Part shown: positions 47,685-55,934 of the stretch, piece after piece | How the letters are laid out: the number at the start of each line of letters is the position of its first letter | Numbering within the stretch: position 1 is the first letter of the stretch | Assembly (NCBI GenBank): GCA_963662285.2 | Contig: CAXXMV010000006.1 | Location: 864,001 to 928,000, forward strand | DNA: 64,000 nt | DNA from: a bacterium | Lineage (GTDB): Bacteria > Hinthialibacterota > Hinthialibacteria > Hinthialibacterales > Hinthialibacteraceae | Reading direction: 5' to 3' | Notes under the pieces: generated by a model | What the model was told of the DNA's origin: nothing | The model's database searches: none | Seen by the model: only the letters and a program-made list of their open reading frames with translations | Position numbers and translations under genes: made by a program

Positions 47685-50204
47685 ATGAATCAACTACAGC
47701 CAATCAATCATAATCAGACTTTATCCGATGTTGTGCGTTCGTTTGCGCGTCGCGGGGATGATGACGCGCTATGTTTTTTTAATGGATTTCGGATTTTCCG
47801 TTATTCATACCGGGAGGTCTATGATTTATCGCTGCGTTGCGCGGCTTATTTCAGAGATAAGGGCGTCGGTCGGGGCGACCGGGTTTTGATTTGGGCTTCT
47901 AACCGTCCTGAGTGGGGCGTGGTGTTCTGCGCCTGCGCATTGAGCGGCGTGGTGCTTGTCCCGCTGGACGCCCGCAATACTGAGGATTTCGCGGTTCGGG
48001 TGGGGCGGGAAACCGAAGCCAAATTGATTGTGCGAAGCCGGGTGAGACGCGATCCGGGGCTGCCTATTCCAACTGTGTTTGTTGAAGACCTGTTCGAGTT
48101 TCTCAAGGCCTATGATCCCGCAGAAATCACGGAACAGGTTAAGCCCGGTGATCCGCTGGAGATTCTATATACATCAGGCACCACCGGGAATCCCAAGGGA
48201 GTCGTTTTGACTCATGGCAATATCGTCGCAAACCTGAGTGATATTCTTCAACTTATTCCGGTTGACCAATCATACCGTCTGCTCTCGGTATTGCCGCTGA
48301 GCCACGCCCTGGAGCAGATGGCCGGGTTCTGGGCGCCGCTGGCGGCGGGAGGCTCGGTGCTTTATTTGCAGGCCATGAAGCCGTCCGCCTTGTTTCAGGC
48401 CTTTCAACGCGACCGTATCACCGTCATGATTCTGGTGCCCCGGCTGCTGGCGCTGCTCAAGCACCGCATCGAGAATACTCTGCAAGAAAAACACCTGACA
48501 GGTTATCTGAAATTAGGTTTAAGCCTATCTCCCTTGATGCCGGTATGGCTCAGGAAGATTTATTTCTATCCCATCCACAAAGGTTTCAATCCAAAATTCA
48601 ACCTCTTCGTAGTCGGCGGCTCATCATTACCGCATGATGTCGAACAGTTCTGGAGAGCCATTGGCTTTGAATTGCTGCAAGGCTACGGGCTGACCGAAAC
48701 CAGCCCTGTTTTGGCGGCTAGTGGTATCGGTGGCGCCAGAATGGGTTCGGTGGGTCATGCGCTGAGCAGCGTCAAGTTGCGCATGGGCGGCGATGGAGAA
48801 ATCCTCGCCCAAGGCCCCAACGTCTTCGGCGGCTATTACCAGAATCAAAAGGCCACTGATGAGGTCTTCGAGGATGGCTGGTTCAAAACGGGCGATATCG
48901 GCGAACAAGACCAGGACGGTTTTCTATATATCAAAAGCCGCAAAAAAGACATCATCGTCACCCCGGACGGCCTCAATGTATATCCCGAAGATATCGAAAG
49001 CATCATGGATACTGATGCCGCAATCAAGGAAGCCTGCGTGATCGGTATCGGAGAGCATCAAGAGAAAATCCACGCTGTGGTTCAGTGGCATGAAACAGTA
49101 GCCGATGGAGACGCCGTCATCCAGCGCGTCAACCTTCAGTTGCCGCCGGAGCAGCGCATCGAATCATGGAGCGAGTGGACTGAAAACGAGTTTCCCAAAA
49201 CCACCACGCTTAAAATAAAAAAGAATCTGGTTCGCCAGAAAATCGCTGATCAAGGCGATAAGCCTGATTCCCCCCAACCAGTGCAGGGAACCATGTTGCA
49301 GCAGATAATCTGCGAAATCGCCGATATCCCGCTTAAGTCCTTATACCCCGAAGCAAAATTGGGAGACGACCTGGGGCTGAGTTCTATCGGGCGGGTTGAA
49401 TTGATCACCCGGCTCGAAGAGGAATACCGCATCGATATTGATGATGACGTGGTGACTCCAGATACCACGGTAGCCGGATTGGATCAAATCATAATCCAGA
49501 AAAAAGGCGCCGCACAAGACATCTGTTTCCGGCGTTCGACCTTGTCGCCAATATGCCGCGCAGTGCGATGGGCTTTCGACCGCATGGTAGTGCGAAACTT
49601 AATGAGGATTTATTGCGACGTCGAATGCAGCGGCCTGGAAAACCTGGGCGGCTTGAATGACGGGCCATACCTGATTGTATCCAACCACACCAGCCACATT
49701 GATACTCCACTGATTCGTATGACATTACCGCCGCATATCGGCGACCGCATCTGTCCCGCAGCCTGGAGGGAGTATTTCAACGCGGAAGGCCGCCCGTTGC
49801 ATATAAGGATCGGCAAATGGATGGCCTGGCAGATAGCCACTATTTTCTTCAATATTTTCCCCTTCCCCCAAACCGCCGCCTACCGAAAGAGCATGTCCTA
49901 CGCCGGGGAACTGGTAGACAAGGGGTGGAGCGTGTTGTTCTATCCCGAAGGCGGTCGCACCATTGATGGCGATTGGAAAGAATTCCGCGAGGGAATCGGC
50001 ATCCTCTCCAGTAATTTAAGCGTCCCCATAATACCGGTAGCCATCCTGGGAGGAGAAAAAATCCTACCCGCAGGCGCCGCGATCCCAAAACGCAACAAAG
50101 TAAAAATAGCCTTCGGACGTCCCTTCTGCGTAGATCACGCCCACTATAAAGAAATAGCCGATCAGGTAAAACAAGAAATGCGGGCGCTATGGGAAACGCT
50201 GTAA
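47685..50204 (+). CDS. acyl-AMP/CoA ligase + acyl carrier domain + PlsC-type acyltransferase fusion
   Basis: YTSGTTGNPKG, QGYGLTE, WFKTGD; ACP motif DLGLSSIGRVEL; acyltransferase NHTSHID and YPEGGRT. Confidence 0.9.
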   Translation: MNQLQPINHNQTLSDVVRSFARRGDDDALCFFNGFRIFRYSYREVYDLSLRCAAYFRDKGVGRGDRVLIWASNRPEWGVVFCACALSGVVLVPLDARNTEDFAVRVGRETEAKLIVRSRVRRDPGLPIPTVFVEDLFEFLKAYDPAEITEQVKPGDPLEILYTSGTTGNPKGVVLTHGNIVANLSDILQLIPVDQSYRLLSVLPLSHALEQMAGFWAPLAAGGSVLYLQAMKPSALFQAFQRDRITVMILVPRLLALLKHRIENTLQEKHLTGYLKLGLSLSPLMPVWLRKIYFYPIHKGFNPKFNLFVVGGSSLPHDVEQFWRAIGFELLQGYGLTETSPVLAASGIGGARMGSVGHALSSVKLRMGGDGEILAQGPNVFGGYYQNQKATDEVFEDGWFKTGDIGEQDQDGFLYIKSRKKDIIVTPDGLNVYPEDIESIMDTDAAIKEACVIGIGEHQEKIHAVVQWHETVADGDAVIQRVNLQLPPEQRIESWSEWTENEFPKTTTLKIKKNLVRQKIADQGDKPDSPQPVQGTMLQQIICEIADIPLKSLYPEAKLGDDLGLSSIGRVELITRLEEEYRIDIDDDVVTPDTTVAGLDQIIIQKKGAAQDICFRRSTLSPICRAVRWAFDRMVVRNLMRIYCDVECSGLENLGGLNDGPYLIVSNHTSHIDTPLIRMTLPPHIGDRICPAAWREYFNAEGRPLHIRIGKWMAWQIATIFFNIFPFPQTAAYRKSMSYAGELVDKGWSVLFYPEGGRTIDGDWKEFREGIGILSSNLSVPIIPVAILGGEKILPAGAAIPKRNKVKIAFGRPFCVDHAHYKEIADQVKQEMRALWETL

Positions 50205-50343
50205 CTCGCAAAAAAATCCTTCTCAGTATAAGTGTTGTTATTAATACGTATTGGCGAATTGCTGTTGCTGAAAATATTGTATTATGATATATTTGGTTTA
50301 ATCATTGTTGTGTATAACTTTTTACATCATCCAGGGGGGATTC

Positions 50344-53300
50344 ATGAGAACAACAACACGACTGATTATATCTAATCCAATCATTTGTTTGATCATATTA
50401 TTAACCTATGCTTCCAGCGCAGTTTGCTCCACTCTTGATATGATGGCTGATATATCGAAGCCAGTAGTTACCGAATTCGCGGAATATCAACCTGAATTGA
50501 TTGATATCACACCATCGGTTGAGCCATACAAAATCGCTGATGATTTCAGTAATGTTTGGAATTTCGATCAATTTCAATTTTCGGATGAACAAAAGCGGTT
50601 GCTTCTCGAAAATGGTTTCGTCGCCGTGCAAAGCGATGATAAGGAGATGTATGAGATTTACAACCGGGCGCTTAAAGAGAATACGCCTATCTTTGTTACG
50701 GTAGACGCCCTGCTTCATGCTTTCCACGAACAATTCGATTACATTCTGCGCACCCTCGAAACCGACAGGTTCATTTCTCATATACAACAGATGACCATCG
50801 CCCTGATCGATGGCTCATTGGAGCAATATAACGAGGCCGCCGATTCCCGCGTTAAAGAAGCAGCGCGCAAAAACCTCGCCTTTTTCTGTGTTGCGCTTGC
50901 CATGCTTGATGCTGACTATGCTGCTCCCGCATTGGTCGCGGAACTGGTTGCGTCTGAATTGCAACTCATCGACGCTCACAATAGCATGACGCATTCTCCG
51001 TTGCGTGGTTATGCGGAAGACTACACCCAGTACGTCCCGCGTGGGCACTATACTCTTTCAGAAGACCTGAAGCGCTATTTCCGCGCCATGATGTGGTATG
51101 GCCGAAGCACGTTTCATAACAAGGAAACAGCATTCTTAGGCATTACGCATGACATGGCGGAAATGGAAACCATTCAGGCCTTGCTGGTTACTCAATTGAT
51201 GAACATATCATCCATAGGCGACAATTCGGTTTTGGATCTATGGCGACAAGTATACCTTCCCACAGTCTTCTTCGTCGGCCAATCCGATAACCTTAATATC
51301 GACGATTACACCAGCGCTGCGCTGGATGTCTACGGCGCAGATTTCACCACCCTACCCGTAGATCAATTCAGCGACGCTGATAACCTGGATGCTTTCATGA
51401 ATTACCCCACCCGCCCGGCGTCGCAAATCAGCGCGGATGTCTGGGGCGGTGGATTCAGCATCATGGGTCAGCGTTTTATCCCCGATTCCTACATTATTGA
51501 TAAACTGAATTTTCTTGAAGAAGCCCGTTTACCCAGCGGTTTGGATGTCATGTCCGTATTAGGCTCAGAGCGCGCCAAAGAGATACTGACTCAATCCGGT
51601 TTATACACAGAGATGTATGCAGAGAAGCATGATAAATTGTACCAGGAATTCTTGGATAAAGATGAATCAGTCTGGGCCCAAAATGTATATTGGAACTGGT
51701 TATATTGCTTAATGCCCATGCTGGCCGACAAGGAAGAAGGCTTCCCCTTTTTCATGCAGAACGACGCATGGCGCGACAAGGATTTATCCTGCGCCCTGGG
51801 TTCATGGGCTGAACTGCGGCACGATACGATTTTATATGCCCGGCCTAGTGCTGTCGGTAGTGCGGATAACTCATCTAATGCTTACAAATCGGAGTACGTC
51901 GAACCAAATCCCTGGGCTTTTGGTCGTCTAGCATCCTTAGTGCGCTATACCATTGATGGACTAAATAATCTTAACCTTATTAAAGATTTCAAATTTTCGG
52001 ATAGAATAAATGATCTGTATGAGATTTCATCATCATTACAAACTATCTCTTTGAAAGAACTGACAAACCAACCTTTAACAATCAATGAATGTAAATTTAT
52101 CCGTGGAATTGGAGATCCTTTGACATTGTTGTGTACTATCTTTGACGAGGAAGATGATAATTATTTTCCTGATGTACGTCCCGATGGAGAGAACATGGAT
52201 GATATGTCGTTAATTGCTGATATCCATACTGACTTGATAATTGGAGAAGCCTTGGAAATTGGCGTAGGTCGCCCATTAACGATATACGTCATAATCGGAG
52301 AAGGGGATAATTTGTCGATTTCCGTGGGATCAGCTTTTTCCTATTACGAATTCGGTCAACCCATGAATGACCGGCTGACCGATGAAGCATGGCGTAAAAT
52401 GCTGAATGAATCAGAGCAGCCGCCGCAACCAAGTTGGGTGAGCAGTTATATGGGAAATAATAATACACCGGATAATATTGATAAGAACGATAGGATAAAG
52501 AGGATATCCTCACCTGTTAGAGAAATGAATTATCTCATTTCGCCCTCTCTGCTTGCACAAGGAGAAAATCTAACGGCCCGGTTTGTTTTTGATGCAACAG
52601 AAATATATAGAAATATCGAATACTATGAAAAATATAATTATCCTTGCTATATACCCGGTATGGATTCTTACTTCGTCCAAATTATTTTAGGGGATCGTAT
52701 TCTAGTTATTGAACTCGAAGAAGATGTTCTAACCGATGAACCTTTCGATTATTCCGCCGTCATAAATACGGACGACTGGCCAACCGGAACCTATGATCTA
52801 TTATTCTATAGCCCCACCAATCTAGCGATTTACGCAAACAAGCAGTTCACGGTTTATGAAAGCGTCGAGCAAATTCCTACCTTAACTCCAACATTCACCC
52901 AGACGCCAACTCCAACTCTAACACCTATACCAACCGCGCCCCCTAATCCGGTTTATATGACGGATACCATGAATGATTCCCAATCGATAGTCTATGATTT
53001 CGATCCACCCTGGCAACGGGATATCATTATTCGTTGGGATTTCACGAAACAATATCAGAGTTATATGATAATGGTGAAAGTAAATGATAATGGTGAATTC
53101 CAGAATCTAGGCGAAACTGTCGGGAGTGAGAATTTCTTCGAGTGGAGCATCGATAATAAATATGGCCAAATCATTGCAGAAGAGTTTTTGGATGGACCTC
53201 AACTAAATACCGATTACACCTTCTCCATCTATGGGAGCAATAGGCGTTACTATTGGTTTTTATGTGAATCTTTCACCTTTCATTATAAAATTGATCAAAC

Positions 53301-53406
53301 GGCGCCCACGCCCACATTAACTCCATCCCAGACGCCAACACTCACGCCGACACCTACGCCGACATTGCCCCTGGTCAGCGTTGATGATTGGTTTTTATAT
53401 GATTGA
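50344..53406 (+). CDS. exported DUF3160-domain protein with Pro/Thr linkers and C-terminal V-x-x-W-x-L-Y motif
   Basis: LLLENGFV, PIFVTVDALLHAFH, DYTQYVPRGHYT, YFRAMMWYGR, GSWAELRHDTILY, YVEP, RLTDEAWR; PT repeats; ends VSVDDWFLYD; AGGGGGG RBS before 50344. Confidence 0.87.
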   Translation: MRTTTRLIISNPIICLIILLTYASSAVCSTLDMMADISKPVVTEFAEYQPELIDITPSVEPYKIADDFSNVWNFDQFQFSDEQKRLLLENGFVAVQSDDKEMYEIYNRALKENTPIFVTVDALLHAFHEQFDYILRTLETDRFISHIQQMTIALIDGSLEQYNEAADSRVKEAARKNLAFFCVALAMLDADYAAPALVAELVASELQLIDAHNSMTHSPLRGYAEDYTQYVPRGHYTLSEDLKRYFRAMMWYGRSTFHNKETAFLGITHDMAEMETIQALLVTQLMNISSIGDNSVLDLWRQVYLPTVFFVGQSDNLNIDDYTSAALDVYGADFTTLPVDQFSDADNLDAFMNYPTRPASQISADVWGGGFSIMGQRFIPDSYIIDKLNFLEEARLPSGLDVMSVLGSERAKEILTQSGLYTEMYAEKHDKLYQEFLDKDESVWAQNVYWNWLYCLMPMLADKEEGFPFFMQNDAWRDKDLSCALGSWAELRHDTILYARPSAVGSADNSSNAYKSEYVEPNPWAFGRLASLVRYTIDGLNNLNLIKDFKFSDRINDLYEISSSLQTISLKELTNQPLTINECKFIRGIGDPLTLLCTIFDEEDDNYFPDVRPDGENMDDMSLIADIHTDLIIGEALEIGVGRPLTIYVIIGEGDNLSISVGSAFSYYEFGQPMNDRLTDEAWRKMLNESEQPPQPSWVSSYMGNNNTPDNIDKNDRIKRISSPVREMNYLISPSLLAQGENLTARFVFDATEIYRNIEYYEKYNYPCYIPGMDSYFVQIILGDRILVIELEEDVLTDEPFDYSAVINTDDWPTGTYDLLFYSPTNLAIYANKQFTVYESVEQIPTLTPTFTQTPTPTLTPIPTAPPNPVYMTDTMNDSQSIVYDFDPPWQRDIIIRWDFTKQYQSYMIMVKVNDNGEFQNLGETVGSENFFEWSIDNKYGQIIAEEFLDGPQLNTDYTFSIYGSNRRYYWFLCESFTFHYKIDQTAPTPTLTPSQTPTLTPTPTPTLPLVSVDDWFLYD

Positions 53407-53414
53407 TAAAGATA

Positions 53415-53447
53415 GATGGGATACGGTTTAGCTATGACCCATCTTAC
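53415..53447 (-). repeat. REP-like palindrome, GTAG family variant B (degenerate)
   Basis: GATGGGATACGGTTTAGCTATGACCCATCTTAC. Confidence 0.6.
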
Positions 53448-53451
53448 TTGG

Positions 53452-53647
53452 CAAGCGGATCAGCGGTTTGATGAACACTTGGAAGAGTTGAAGAAAGGCC
53501 GTTAAAATGGGCGTCCCTTTGAAAGAGGTCATGAAAGAAATTTCCTCTGAACGCCAAAAATGCATACAGGCCAAAGCGGACGAATATATCAAAGAATATC
53601 AGACCCTTCAGGAGTTGCGTAAAGGGCGTAAATCGCCAACCAGATAA
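53452..53647 (+). pseudogene. relic of a RelE/Gp49-type toxin - XRE antitoxin pair
   Basis: Toxin tail ADQRFDEHLEELKKGR* (stop 53503-53505), then ATG 53507 MGVPLKEVMKKF, frameshift, SERQKCIQAKADEYIKEYQTLQELRK; breaks off at the start of the HTH. Confidence 0.68.
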
Positions 53648-53689
53648 TATGCAGCCAAAAAATAAGCGCACGAGTATGACATCATTGTT

Positions 53690-54130
53690 TTACCTAAATA
53701 TTTTATCGAGATGATGTCGCAGATGGCGCAGGTAGTCTTTTACTATGAAATCCAAAGTCACCGGCTCTGCTTTTCCGATGTTGCATGGAGCGCTGGCGGC
53801 CTGGTCGGGAAGGCATTGGCACACGCGGCATAAGTGATGGTTGTAAGCCGCCCAAAGCGTCACCAACGCATCCCAGGGCATTCCGTTGTATTGCTGAATC
53901 CTCACCCATTCATTTTGGTCGTAAATTGGAAACTGATCGGCTGCGCCATACGCAGCCCGGACAAAGCGCTGGTGGTTGTTGGCTGCCGAGTCTATTAGAT
54001 GTCCCAGAATCTCTTTTTTCGACCATGCAGTGGTTGAGGATTTAATCTCAACATCATTCTGATTCATGCGGGATAATTTTGGTTCAAACGTCTCAATGGT
54101 AGAACGGATTTGGGTTGAGGCGTCTTTCAT
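53690..54130 (-). CDS. DinB-family protein
   Basis: WSKKEILGHLIDSAANNHQRFVRA...YDQNEWV...DYLRHLRHHL; AAAGGA RBS. Confidence 0.88.
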   Translation of the reverse strand: MKDASTQIRSTIETFEPKLSRMNQNDVEIKSSTTAWSKKEILGHLIDSAANNHQRFVRAAYGAADQFPIYDQNEWVRIQQYNGMPWDALVTLWAAYNHHLCRVCQCLPDQAASAPCNIGKAEPVTLDFIVKDYLRHLRHHLDKIFR

Positions 54131-54228
54131 GGCAGGTTCCTTTCATTTCATAACATGATAAAAGATATAATGATATTGAGGATGATTATCAACAGCATTC
54201 TTACTTCAATCCCTAATCAGGGATGTAT

Positions 54229-55344
54229 TCAATATAAGTCCCATCCAATCACATCGGTGGTAAAATCACGGGAAAGAATGTAAAAAGCCACTTCGGGACG
54301 GTAATACAATGGGTCGTTAGGTAGTTCAACCATTGGTGAATAACCGATTAGCGCCCACTCTCCTTCCTCCAATTCAAATCCAAAACTATCCGGCCAATTA
54401 GTACCTGCATCGCCGCCCTCAAGTTCTGGATCATTATCACAATATAAGTAAGTCATAGGCTGGTCGGGTAGAAATTCATTCCAAGTCGTCCGGCTATTGA
54501 AAACCAGTGAAGGGTGAAACGGGTCTTCCGGGATTTCATCCAGATATCCGAAATGCACCAAAGGTTTTAACACGCTGTTTTTGGTGCGTTCTCCTCCTTC
54601 CACGCCTTCAAAGACATCATCAATTCGTTGTATTAGATGGCTATCATCATCCCAGAAATCAACCAGAAGAACGCCTTTTTCAGTGCGCAGTCTTTCAATA
54701 GCTCTCCCGATCTGCATCATATTTTCTTTAGATTTTTGGAGATATTCTTCAGCATTTTTCGGTTGAGATATAACTTGACTTTTATGAACGGTGAGATTTC
54801 GAGTTCGTGATCGGTCATAGGTTTTATTCTCTCCCGGACTGATCAAAACCCACTCATCCATCTGTACATAAAGGCTTAACATGAGTGTGAAATAATCAGT
54901 CTGATATTTTGTTTCGTTGATATTAATTGTGCTTTCTTCATCAAAATATATATAAGTATTAAAATCTGGATCGGAATCCTCTGGAATAAAAGGATCAATG
55001 GGTATTACATCCAAATAGCCGAAATGAACCAATGGCTGTAAGACGTCGAGCATGGTTCTGGGTCGGTCGCTTGGATTGCCGACATTTTCAAATTCTTCAT
55101 GCAGCCGCTTTTGACCGATTTCCGAATCATCGTCGATCAGGTCTACAAGTTTAACGCCTCGCTCTTCTTCAAAGCGGATAATAGCATCGCCGATTTTCAG
55201 CATATCACTCAATGCTTGTTCCACTTGGGAATTGGTCTCTTGAGATACAGCATTCAATGAAAATAAACAGTAGATACACATGCAAACAATAATCTGAAAT
55301 ATACAAATAGACTGATGTACCTGTTTAACTTCTTGAGATTGCAT
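54229..55344 (-). CDS. exported protein with two tandem pseudopilin-head-like domains and C-terminal V-x-x-W-x-L-Y motif
   Basis: Signal peptide (LNAVS-Q); internal duplication M..IG.AI.R...E.GV.LVD..DDDS...VL.PLVHFGYLD.IP.DPF...TY.Y.D...EW.LI; ends TDVIGWDLY; AAGGAG RBS. Confidence 0.75.
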   Translation of the reverse strand: MQSQEVKQVHQSICIFQIIVCMCIYCLFSLNAVSQETNSQVEQALSDMLKIGDAIIRFEEERGVKLVDLIDDDSEIGQKRLHEEFENVGNPSDRPRTMLDVLQPLVHFGYLDVIPIDPFIPEDSDPDFNTYIYFDEESTININETKYQTDYFTLMLSLYVQMDEWVLISPGENKTYDRSRTRNLTVHKSQVISQPKNAEEYLQKSKENMMQIGRAIERLRTEKGVLLVDFWDDDSHLIQRIDDVFEGVEGGERTKNSVLKPLVHFGYLDEIPEDPFHPSLVFNSRTTWNEFLPDQPMTYLYCDNDPELEGGDAGTNWPDSFGFELEEGEWALIGYSPMVELPNDPLYYRPEVAFYILSRDFTTDVIGWDLY

Positions 55345-55934
55345 AATAACATCTCCTTAAGTCATTGAGGATTTGACGTAATCTATATTGATAAATCCCT
55401 CTTGGCATAATTAAATTTCTGCATGATTCGATAGAGGTTATCAAAAGGTTATACTTATTTGAAGTAAAATTTTGTTTGAATTCTCGTCTTTGGAGGATTA
55501 TTTACCAACCTCATAAACGCACGATGTTTTTGATACATCTTTAGATAAAGAGATTAAATAGTCGGTCGAGCAATTGTTGGGGTGAAGATAGATAATACGA
55601 TAACTAACTATATAGGAACTTATACCACCTACGACGTTTAGCCTTCTATGTACATCTTTTCTGGTGATTTGTGCAGTTAACCTTTAATAAAAGGCTGGAC
55701 GAGAAGTAAATCAATAGTATAATTTATAGCGCTATAGAGTTCATTATGGCCATAAAATGGAAATATTTTGCCAATAGATGGTAGATGCATAATGTCATAT
55801 CCAAATTATCGGCCTGAATTCGCCAAATAATGTAAGCAAATCGTTTCAATAACAATAAATTAACTTAATTGATCTTTTTAGTATGCTAAAATAGTATTCC
55901 AGAGTCATTTTTAACATAAATAAAGGCGGTACAG

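Noticed and set aside
55345-55934. Riboswitch or leader RNA upstream of gltB
   Set aside because: Long AT-rich region with a plausible promoter near 55698-55723, but no recognisable glutamine-riboswitch or other conserved structure; an Rfam scan would be needed.
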